From an uncultured Acidobacteriota bacterium (GTDB lineage: Bacteria; Acidobacteriota; Vicinamibacteria; Vicinamibacterales; 2-12-FULL-66-21): DNA of 64,000 nt. The translations under genes and the position numbers were made by a program. The notes under the pieces are model-generated. The model saw only the letters and a program-made list of their open reading frames with translations. It did no database searches and was not told the DNA's origin. The stretch is taken from NCBI GenBank assembly GCA_963697775.1, contig CAVOPH010000010.1, forward strand, positions 11,136 to 75,135, read 5' to 3'. Each line of letters starts with the position of its first letter. Position 1 is the first letter of the stretch. Shown here one piece after another: positions 47,887 to 55,866 of the stretch.

Positions 47887-48604
47887 ATGAAATGGATTCT
47901 CCGGGCAGTCGTCGTGTTGGTGCTCGTCTACGGCGTGCTGTTCAGCGCGGTCGCCATGGCGATGATCCAGACGCCGGAGCGTTTCGGTGCGTTCATGAAG
48001 CGAATGCCGGCTGCTGTTGTGTGGGGCGGACTGCCTGCCAGGCGCATGTGGCTGTGGGCTCGTCGCGGCGATCTCGCCGAGGGCGATCTGGCTCCCGACT
48101 TCAGCCTGCGCACGACGCAGGATCGTGCCCGACGCGTCTCGCTTTCGTCCTATCGTCGTGATCGGCCGGTTGTCCTCGTCTTCGGCAGCTACACTTGACC
48201 GCCATTTCGCCGGGCGGTGCCCGCGCTCAATCGTCTCTATCGCGATTATCGCGATCGGGCCGCATTCCACGTCGTCTATATCGAGGAGGCGCACCCGATC
48301 GATGCGTGGCAACTCGATGACAACGTCGAGGATGGCGTCCTGGTCAAGACGTACGCAAACCGCGGAGGAGCGTGACGAGGTCGCTCACCTCTGCGTCGTG
48401 AAGCTCGGCATCGAAATGCCTGCGCTCGTTGATGACCCAGACAACCGAGTGGAGCGTGCCTACACGGCGTGGCCCGATCGCCTCTACGTGATCGATTCAG
48501 CTGGCCGAATCGCCTATAAAAGTCTCGCGGGCCCGTTTGGGTTCAAGCCGGATGAGCTTGAAGCGGTGCTGAAGCGGATCGTGCCGATGACCATGACGAA
48601 GTAG
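47887..48604 (+). CDS. Iodothyronine-deiodinase-like thioredoxin-fold protein; probable selenoprotein (TGA 48196-48198 = Sec); one frameshift near 48352
   Basis: APDFSL...RPVVLVFGSYT-TGA-PPFR...VYIEEAHPIDAW...LVDDPDNRVERAYTAWPDRLYVI; the frame continues with deiodinase motifs past the TGA. Confidence 0.85.
48208..48226 (+). promoter_or_regulatory. Putative bacterial SECIS hairpin
   Basis: CGGGC-GGT-GCCCG stem-loop; the loop G begins 17 nt after the UGA. Confidence 0.6.
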
Positions 48605-48642
48605 GCCTGCGCAGTGGCTCACGAACCAGCCGTCGACGGGCA

Positions 48643-49044
48643 CTACGTGCGCTTCGGGTCTTCGACACGGGTGAGCCGCTTCTCGTGGTCGTCCAGGCGC
48701 ACCGCGTGGTGAGCCGTTGCTTCGGCAACGAGTTTGACGGACTCCTGCATTTTCTCGACCATCACGTCGAAATGACGACGAGTCTTCACGCCTTCTGCCT
48801 GCATTTCGGCTCGAAGCTTGACGCCTTCAGCCTTCATTTCCGTGCGAAGCTTCTCGAACTCACCGTCGATGCGGTTGAAGCGTTCATCCACAATGTTGAA
48901 GCGTTCATCCACAGCGTTGAAGCGTTCATCCACAGCGTTGAAGCGTTCATCCACAGTGGTGAAGCGTTCATCCACAGTGGTGAAGCGTTCATAAACTTTC
49001 TTGAACTGCTTACGCATCTCGGTTCGCAGATCGTCGGTCGCCAT
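48643..49044 (-). CDS. Small coiled-coil protein with VDERFxx heptad repeats
   Basis: (V)DERF(T/N)(T/A/I) x5-6 and KLRxEMxAEGV x2; extended -10 TGCTAGGAT just upstream. Confidence 0.7.
   Translation of the reverse strand: MATDDLRTEMRKQFKKVYERFTTVDERFTTVDERFNAVDERFNAVDERFNIVDERFNRIDGEFEKLRTEMKAEGVKLRAEMQAEGVKTRRHFDVMVEKMQESVKLVAEATAHHAVRLDDHEKRLTRVEDPKRT
48874..48992. repeat. 21-bp coding tandem repeat, about 5.6 copies
   Basis: Unit g(t/g)tgaagcgttcatccaca(at/gc/gt). Confidence 0.95.
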
Positions 49045-49238
49045 GGCGCCCCCATCCTAGCATCGTCACTCGTGGTGCGTGAACCATGCCAGACGATTGG
49101 GTCCCTGCGCAGTCAGGAGAATTCGCTTGTTTGTGGAACTGCCTGAGTGGACTGTACAAACAAGTACGCAGGCGCTGAGTACGAGCTCTGTAGGGCACGT
49201 GCAAGAAACTGCGCGACAGGTGACCGCCCTCGCAGCTC

Positions 49239-51383
49239 TTACCGCGGCAGCGCTGTGGCAGGCGGGCCCAGGATCCGCTGCAGCTCCCGCGACCACTCGA
49301 GAGTGAGCACCGCGTGCGCGGGCGGCGCCTCGCCACCGACGCGCGCGAGCATCCGGTCGCCGGCGATCGCAACGACGGTGGCGCCTGCCGGCGTGGGGAT
49401 CAGGATTGGCGCACCAACCGGATGGCCCGATTCGTCAATGGCCACGCGCATCGTTGCATGTCCCACCCGATAAACGAGCGAATTGCCGCTCGCCGACCAC
49501 ATTGGCTCGCGTCCGCCGGACGACGACACCGGAATGCGCTGACGATCGATGAGCTTCAACAAATAGATCTCCCACCGACCAGATTCATCGGATTGATAGG
49601 CGAGCCAGCGGCTATCCGGCGACAGCACGCCGTTGGTCTCGTCAAACGCCGTCTCGATCGACGCGACCGTCGCTCCGTTCGAGAGCTCTGCCACCTTGAC
49701 GTCGCCGCGTGCCGGGCCACCGCTCTCTGTGTACGCCATCAGTCTTCCGTCGAGCGAGATGGAAGTCGGAAAGACATGTCCATGAACGGCGGTCGCCGAC
49801 AGCGCCAGCCTGGCGGGTGCGGCGCCGGATCCGTCGCGCATCCACGCTTCAAAGCGGCCGCCATTTCTCGCCGCGTAGTAGACGCTCGCGCCGTCCCTGC
49901 TCCACACCGGATTGACGTTCGTGCCGCCATGCGTCAATCGCGTCGTCGTGCCCCGGCTGACGTCGCCAACCCAGAGGTCGCCGTTCGTGACGCCAGCGAC
50001 GCGCGAACCGTCCGACGTGGCCGTGAGATCCGCGAATGCTGCCAGGTCGCCGGAGACCGCCGCGCCAGTCGCGGGTATCCAGGTCAATGATGGCCGCGTG
50101 CTGTCGTTCGTCAGCGCATAAGCCAGGGCGCCGGACGAACCGACCGCGAACTGCGCTCGGGGCACGTTGTTGACCACAGTTTCGTCGGTGCCGGCAATCG
50201 CTTGACGCGCGCGGTCGAAGGCGACGGCGTGGATCTCCGTCCCGCGTGAGAACGCGAGGTAGTCCTGCGACGCGGCTCGGGCGATGTCGGCGTTGTCCAG
50301 AATCGTCTGCCATGCCGTGCGTTGGCCGATCGGCATCAATGCGATGCGCGCCGGGGCTTCGTCATGCGGCGCCGTCGCCACGGTGAAGAGCAGCGCCCGG
50401 CCGCCTGGCGCGAGCGCGGGCCAGCAGTGTCGCACCTCGCCCGTATCTGCCGACGGGAGCGTGAGCGGCTCCGCCTCGCCGCCGCCTTCAATCACCCGCA
50501 TCAACCCGCCTCGCTCCGAAGCAGCAAAAACGATGTGACCATCGGGCAGCCAGACCGCGCCGAACGGCTGCGACGCTTCAGCAATCACGACCGGCATGCC
50601 GCCGGCGACGGCGACCCTTCGCAGCTTGCCCGCGGCGAAGAAACCAATCCATCGTCCGTCCGGAGAGAAGAACGGCGCACTCGCATCCTCGGTGCCGGGA
50701 ATCGCGCGCGGGTCGAGCTGATCCAGCGCGCGAACATACAATCGGCACGCGGCATCGCATGCCGACCATGCGAGGACCTGACCGTCAGGGGACAGCGCCA
50801 GCGCGGGCGCGCGGGTATCGAAGGCGGTGCCCGCCACCGGTTCGATGCGCATTCTGACAACCGGGGCGAGCGGCGCCCGGAAGTGCGTGTACTGCCAGAC
50901 CGCGATGACCGCCAGCACCGTGCACAGCGCCGCGATTGCCCACGGCAGGAGCTGACGGCCGATCGAGGGCGCGTTCTCTTCCTCTCCAGTCCTGCGAGGC
51001 GGCGCGATTGCCGCAGCCTCGGGTGGAGTCGAGGGAAGGGGCACGACAGGGGCCACGAACCGGTAGCCCCGGCGATGCACGGTCTGGATGTACCGAGGCG
51101 CCTGCGGATCGTCGCCAAGCGTCTGACGCAGGACGCTGATGGCTTCCGCCAGCGAGGTGTCCGTGACGAACGCATCCTTCCAGACCGTGTCGATAAGGGC
51201 CTGCCGGGACACGATGGCTCCAGCTCGCGAGACGAGGAACTCGAGCACACCGAGCACACGCGGGGGAAGCGGGAGCTCGCGTCCTTCGTTGCGCAGCAGA
51301 CCATTCGTGCGGTCGAAGACGAAAGGACCGAAGCCCACCGTTGCGGGGACAGGTGGAACCGGGTCGGTTTCGGCCGGAAGCAT
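49239..51383 (-). CDS. CadC/ToxR-type winged-helix regulator + TM + TolB-like (PD40) beta-propellers
   Basis: FGPFVFD..LIDTVWKDAFVTDTSL..YIQTVHRRGYRF; TM helix; repeated SPDG motifs, YQSDESGRWEIY. Confidence 0.85.
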   Translation of the reverse strand: MLPAETDPVPPVPATVGFGPFVFDRTNGLLRNEGRELPLPPRVLGVLEFLVSRAGAIVSRQALIDTVWKDAFVTDTSLAEAISVLRQTLGDDPQAPRYIQTVHRRGYRFVAPVVPLPSTPPEAAAIAPPRRTGEEENAPSIGRQLLPWAIAALCTVLAVIAVWQYTHFRAPLAPVVRMRIEPVAGTAFDTRAPALALSPDGQVLAWSACDAACRLYVRALDQLDPRAIPGTEDASAPFFSPDGRWIGFFAAGKLRRVAVAGGMPVVIAEASQPFGAVWLPDGHIVFAASERGGLMRVIEGGGEAEPLTLPSADTGEVRHCWPALAPGGRALLFTVATAPHDEAPARIALMPIGQRTAWQTILDNADIARAASQDYLAFSRGTEIHAVAFDRARQAIAGTDETVVNNVPRAQFAVGSSGALAYALTNDSTRPSLTWIPATGAAVSGDLAAFADLTATSDGSRVAGVTNGDLWVGDVSRGTTTRLTHGGTNVNPVWSRDGASVYYAARNGGRFEAWMRDGSGAAPARLALSATAVHGHVFPTSISLDGRLMAYTESGGPARGDVKVAELSNGATVASIETAFDETNGVLSPDSRWLAYQSDESGRWEIYLLKLIDRQRIPVSSSGGREPMWSASGNSLVYRVGHATMRVAIDESGHPVGAPILIPTPAGATVVAIAGDRMLARVGGEAPPAHAVLTLEWSRELQRILGPPATALPR

Positions 51384-51452
51384 CGTAAAAGCTGGATGTT
51401 ATCCGCGCGCGCGAACAAGCGCTAGCTGATCGCAACAGCTAGCGCAGAAGCA

Positions 51453-51665
51453 TCACTTAGAGGTTTCGGGCTGCGGCGACAGCGGGAAGTTTCGCGTGCG
51501 GGGATTTGTGCGTCCAGTCTTACGTCGGTCTGCCATCGTCCATCTGGCGCCACACCCCGGGCAGTTCACGAGAACGACACCGGACTCCGTGACGGTTCTC
51601 ACGGACGTAGAGCTGCACTTATCGCACCGAAGGAATTCCGGCTTGTTCGCCGACGAGTTGTCCAT
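51453..51665 (-). CDS. Small zinc-ribbon protein (putative)
   Basis: CDKC..CPGCGARW in a 70-aa ORF. Confidence 0.45.
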   Translation of the reverse strand: MDNSSANKPEFLRCDKCSSTSVRTVTESGVVLVNCPGCGARWTMADRRKTGRTNPRTRNFPLSPQPETSK

Positions 51666-51765
51666 TGGAACCCCAACGATGACACAAACGGTCGAGGTTA
51701 TGCAATTTAGGGAAGGAAAGAAAGAAGATGACGCGCACGTCAACGTCTCATCGCTCAGGCAGGTG

Positions 51766-51781
51766 CGGCACTGCTCTTGCT
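51766..51781 (+). promoter_or_regulatory. sigma54 -24/-12 promoter for the PEP-CTERM cluster
   Basis: CGGCACTGCTCTTGCT (GG-N10-GC), about 55 nt before ATG 51836. Confidence 0.65.
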
Positions 51782-51835
51782 CGAACGGCTGGCTGGCCGC
51801 CTCCGTCAGCCCGAAACCAATCCGAGGGAGCGCTC

Positions 51836-52165
51836 ATGGTCAAAGCTTTTCCGACTCTCACGATTCGATGGGGATTGTGTGCCACGGCGGTGGCGTGTTT
51901 CCCGTCTGTGGTTTTTGCCGATCCGATCGTGCTCACCAACAGGAGTGCAGCGCGCGGCGCTGTGGCGATCTCCGACGGCGCGCAGGTTCTGGCGACGTCC
52001 GGGTTCGTCAGTCCGCCGGCGACCCCCAGCGGGACGTTTTCATTCGCCGATAGCGCGACCGTCAACACTGGCGGAGCCACCAGCACCACAACAGCCAACA
52101 TCATGACGGCGATTTCTTCCACGGGCGGGATGGTGCTGAACAGAGGAAACCGAGGTTCCAGATGA
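51836..52165 (+). pseudogene. Truncated secreted protein, probably a PEP-CTERM-type N-terminal fragment
   Basis: Signal peptide ..VFA|DPIV and Thr/Ser-rich body; ends abruptly at the next gene without a sorting signal. Confidence 0.45.
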
Positions 52166-52901
52166 AGCGAAATTCTGTGGCTGTGATTGTCCTGGCTCTG
52201 GCGTTCGCGTTCTGCCGCTCGGCTTCTGCCGAACCCAGTCACCGCGGGCAACATAGCTGTACACCGGCCCCCCCACGCCGCCCGTAAGCATGACCATCTC
52301 GGTCAGCGGCGACCGGTTCACGTTTGATGGCGGCTTCCGCCTCTCAGAACGCATTTTTGGTCCTAACGAGACATGCCGGTTTGGCCTCTGCAATCCAGGA
52401 CAATCCCTAAACTTCGGCGGTGCCTTTGATGGTGCACCTGAAATATTCGGAACCTTCGCCCTGGACGGCCGACCGTTTCCCATTACAGGAGGCATTGCTA
52501 ATGAGCGCCTCAACCTCCATGTCAGCTTCAGTGCCGCCCTGGTGTCACCATTGAATTTGTCTCCGGGTCCGGTGACCCTGACAGCCCCTTTCTCATTCAC
52601 CGGTTCATTCCTGTGGTTTGACATCTTCGCGTTCGACCCGTCGAATCCGCACATCGACTTTTCCGGAAACGGCATCCTTACCGCGAACTTCGATTACCGC
52701 AACTTCGAGTTCCCTGGGCAAAGCCAGTTGTTTCTCCACAGCGCGCGATATGACTTCGCGGAGCCTACACCGGAGCCTGCCACCCTGCTGCTCTTTGCGA
52801 CAGGTCTCGCTGGCGTCGTTAGCGCGCGTCGCGCTCGACTGGTCCGCTCGGGAGCGTCTGGGAACAGTTCGGGAACTGATGCACCGTCTGTTCCGGGCTA
52901 A
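52162..52901 (+). CDS. PEP-CTERM sorting-domain protein (frameshift near 52236)
   Basis: Signal MKRNSVAVIVLALAFAFCRSASA|EP; PTPEPATLLLFATGLAGVVSARRAR. Confidence 0.8.
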
Positions 52902-53094
52902 GGCAGGCCAAAGGGACTCCGGCTTCTGGCTCCAGTCCGGCCCGTAGCAGCCGGAAGGCAGCCCGAACGCATTCGGGGGAAGGGAAAGCCCTCGCGCTCA
53001 GCGCTCGGACAGTGAGGCATCTGCCTTGCACAGCCGTCGCCCTTTCGTCCAGGCACGGAGTTCGTTTGCCGGAAAGGTGGCCGCCGTGACCGCT

Positions 53095-53706
53095 ATGCGT
53101 ACCCTGATTACGCTCTTCGTGTTGCTCTGCGGCAACAAACTGTGGGCTGAGCCAGTCCGCATCGTCGATACGGGCCCCGGCCCTGCTGATGGCTCTACCG
53201 GTCTGCTGCTGGATTCTACTTCTTGGCGGGCCGCCGGCTTTACGACCGACCAGCCCTACAACATCCAGTCGATTGAGGCATGGATGCGGGTTTTTAGAGC
53301 AGGAGTACTCACCATTCGGCTGTACAGCGGCGACGAACTGTCGGACACGCCACTCTTTGAGAATGGCGTCTTTTTGCCTCTTGACGTCGTCCCGGTTGCC
53401 GACTGGAAGGGAGTGCACGGGTTGAACTGGACGATCGAGCCGGGACGGTATTGGGCAGCGTTCGAAGTTTCGAGAGTATCAACGTTCCAAGCTGCGCTTC
53501 CGTTTCCGAGTGCAGGTGGGATTCCGTTCGCGTTTCGCGACCTGACACTTCCAGGCAGCGACTATGTTCATTTTCCTGTTGGAAGGGTGTCGCCCTGGGG
53601 CGTTCGCGTCGACGCGGAACCGCTGAGCCAGACGCCCGAACCCTCAACCATGCTGCTCGTCGGAACTGGAGCCCTTGCTTTGGCGCGACGAAGGCTCCAC
53701 GTTTGA
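53095..53706 (+). CDS. PEP-CTERM sorting-domain protein
   Basis: Signal ..LWA|EP; QTPEPSTMLLVGTGALALARRR. Confidence 0.85.
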   Translation: MRTLITLFVLLCGNKLWAEPVRIVDTGPGPADGSTGLLLDSTSWRAAGFTTDQPYNIQSIEAWMRVFRAGVLTIRLYSGDELSDTPLFENGVFLPLDVVPVADWKGVHGLNWTIEPGRYWAAFEVSRVSTFQAALPFPSAGGIPFAFRDLTLPGSDYVHFPVGRVSPWGVRVDAEPLSQTPEPSTMLLVGTGALALARRRLHV

Positions 53707-53723
53707 ACGTGACCGGCTTCCAA

Positions 53724-53750
53724 GGGAGGCCCAGATTTACTGGGCCTTCC
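53724..53750 (+). terminator. Hairpin after the PEP-CTERM gene (terminator-like, no clear U tract)
   Basis: ggaggcccag-attta-ctgggccttcc. Confidence 0.45.
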
Positions 53751-53843
53751 TCGAATCTCACTTTAAGAACAACTTAAAGGTTTTCCTGTCACAGATTGAG
53801 CCGGCGTTAAAGACTCCATCGGCCCCATCCGCCACGCTTCGGC

Positions 53844-55355
53844 ATGTCCATATTCGCGACGAAGTCGATCGAACAGATCAAGGACGAGCAGCTGGGGGAC
53901 GGGAGTGGCGGGCTCAAGCGCGTCCTTGGCGTCTGGCAGCTCGTCACCCTCGGCGTCGGCGCCATCATCGGCACTGGCATTTTCGTTCTGACCGGACAGG
54001 CGGCAGCGGCGAATGCCGGCCCCGCGATCGTCATCTCGATGGTGATTGCCGGTGTCACCAGCGTCCTGGCGGCGTTTTGCTACTCCGAGTTCGCTTCAAC
54101 GGTTCCGGTTGCAGGTTCCGCCTACACCTATGCCTATGCCACCCTCGGTGAGTTCATCGCGTGGGTCATCGGGTGGGATCTCATCCTCGAGTATGCGCTG
54201 GGAGCTGCAACCGTCGCCGTCGGGTGGTCGGGAATCCTGGTGACCCTGCTCAATCAGCTCGGCGTCGCTGCCATGCCCGCAGCGTTGAGCGCTGCTCCGG
54301 GGACGGTCGTTCCTGTCGTCGGCGGCGACCCGGTTACGGCGGTCGTGAACCTGCCAGCGATTCTCGTCACCATCGCGGTGACGCTGCTTCTCATCATCGG
54401 TGTCAGCGAAGCGGCCTCGGTCAACGCGGCGATCGTCGTCACCAAGGTCGTCGTCCTCCTTATCGTGATTGCCGCGGGCGCCCTCTTCATCAACGCGAGC
54501 TACTGGCACCCCTTCATTCCGCCGAACACCGGAACATTCGGCGAGTACGGCTGGAGTGGTGTTCTGCGAGGGGCCGGTGTGATCTTCTTCGCCTACATCG
54601 GCTTCGATGCGGTCTCGACGTCGGCGCAGGAGGCGCGCAACCCGCAACGCGACATGCCGCGAGGCATCCTTGGCTCCCTCGCCATCTGCACGGTTCTCTT
54701 CGTGCTCGTGTCGGGCGTGATGGTCGGCCTGGTTCCATACAAGTCGATGCTGAACCAGGCCGCGCCGCTGGTGCTCACGATTGAAGCGGCTGCCGATCGA
54801 TCGGTCGGCACACCATGGCAAAACACGATGGCCCTCGTGAAAGTGCTCGTGACGGTTGGCGGTCTGGCCGCGCTCAGCTCGGTGATGGTTGTGATGATGC
54901 TGGCGCAGCCGCGGATCTTCCTGTCGATGTCAAAGGACGGTTTGCTGCCCGGGTGGGCCGGCCGCATCCACCCGCGTTTTCATACGCCTTACGTCTCCAC
55001 CATCGTCACCGGTATCGTCGTCGCGCTCGCCGCAGGGTTCACGCCGATCGGCACGCTCGGCTCGCTCGTCAGCATCGGCACGCTGATGGCGTTCGTGATC
55101 GTGTCGTTCGGCGTGATTGTGCTGCGCCGCACGCGCCCCGACCTGCCGCGTCCATTCCGGATGCCGTGGGTGCCGGTCCTGCCGCTGCTGTCGGCCGCAG
55201 TCAGCTTCGTCTTGATGCTGGGGCTACCGCGCGCTACCTGGGAGCGCCTTATCATCTGGATGCTGATCGGCGTCGTCCTGTACTTCGCTTATGGACGACG
55301 CCACAGTCGACTCCGTACGCAGGTTCATCGAGCCGAACCCGGTAGAACCCAGTAG
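53844..55355 (+). CDS. APC-family amino acid permease
   Basis: GVGAIIGTGIF, GSAYTY, FFAYIGFDAVST, many TM helices. Confidence 0.92.
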   Translation: MSIFATKSIEQIKDEQLGDGSGGLKRVLGVWQLVTLGVGAIIGTGIFVLTGQAAAANAGPAIVISMVIAGVTSVLAAFCYSEFASTVPVAGSAYTYAYATLGEFIAWVIGWDLILEYALGAATVAVGWSGILVTLLNQLGVAAMPAALSAAPGTVVPVVGGDPVTAVVNLPAILVTIAVTLLLIIGVSEAASVNAAIVVTKVVVLLIVIAAGALFINASYWHPFIPPNTGTFGEYGWSGVLRGAGVIFFAYIGFDAVSTSAQEARNPQRDMPRGILGSLAICTVLFVLVSGVMVGLVPYKSMLNQAAPLVLTIEAAADRSVGTPWQNTMALVKVLVTVGGLAALSSVMVVMMLAQPRIFLSMSKDGLLPGWAGRIHPRFHTPYVSTIVTGIVVALAAGFTPIGTLGSLVSIGTLMAFVIVSFGVIVLRRTRPDLPRPFRMPWVPVLPLLSAAVSFVLMLGLPRATWERLIIWMLIGVVLYFAYGRRHSRLRTQVHRAEPGRTQ

Positions 55356-55388
55356 AACATGGCAGAAACCCTGTAGAACCTGAACTCT
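55321..55388. repeat. Decamer array ..AGAACC (same family as 17788 and 29061)
   Basis: gaacccggtagaacccagtagaacatggcagaaaccctgtagaacctgaac between convergent genes. Confidence 0.75.
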
Positions 55389-55764
55389 AGTGGACGATGA
55401 GCTCGCCTTCCATGCGGCGGCAGCGCTCGTCGGTGGTGAGGTTGCAGTAGAAGCGGTGAGTGCCGACCTGGTCGGCGCGGAACTCGAAGACGACGGTCTG
55501 ACCGGCTGCCGCGCGCTTGGCGATGCGGTACTGGTCGATGGTGAAGCTGTGCGCGATGTCCTTGGCGGTGAAGGTGATCTTGACGAGATCGTCCTTCTGC
55601 ACTTCGATGCGCAGGGGCTTAAAGGCGAACTGATCACCAGTGATCGTGAACTCGCGCGTCGATCCCTGCGCGGCAGGCTTCAGTGTGAACGTCGAGACAC
55701 CCACTAGCAACACGCCGCTGGCAAACAGCGACGCCACGACGGTGCGGTGCGGGATGCTGATCAT
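55387..55764 (-). CDS. Secreted cupredoxin-domain protein
   Basis: FAFKPLRIEVQKDDLVKITF, HSF, FYC......C..MEGELIV. Confidence 0.8.
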   Translation of the reverse strand: MISIPHRTVVASLFASGVLLVGVSTFTLKPAAQGSTREFTITGDQFAFKPLRIEVQKDDLVKITFTAKDIAHSFTIDQYRIAKRAAAGQTVVFEFRADQVGTHRFYCNLTTDERCRRMEGELIVH

Positions 55765-55817
55765 TGGGCCCCCAGGCTCGCAGGCCCCGACCCAGCCGTG
55801 ACGCCAGGGTTGAGGTC

Positions 55818-55858
55818 AAAAATAAGACGCCGGGGCGGCGGCTTTGGTTCGCCGCCCC
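55818..55858 (-). terminator. Intrinsic terminator after pnp
   Basis: Minus strand ggggcggcg-aaccaaagc-cgccgcccc followed by ggcgtcttattttt. Confidence 0.7.
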
Positions 55859-55866
55859 ATCCGTTC

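Noticed and set aside
46606-48198. Single sulfatase-deiodinase fusion ORF ending at the TGA
   Set aside because: The sulfatase more plausibly ends at 47872 after an indel; the downstream part has its own ATG and membrane anchor, and the TGA is likely Sec.
48874-48992. 21-bp repeats as a CRISPR array
   Set aside because: Units are directly adjacent with no unique spacers, lie in frame within a CDS, and no cas genes are present.
53051-53066. sigma54 box before the second PEP-CTERM gene (AGGCACGGAGTTCGT)
   Set aside because: Has GT rather than the conserved GC at -12.
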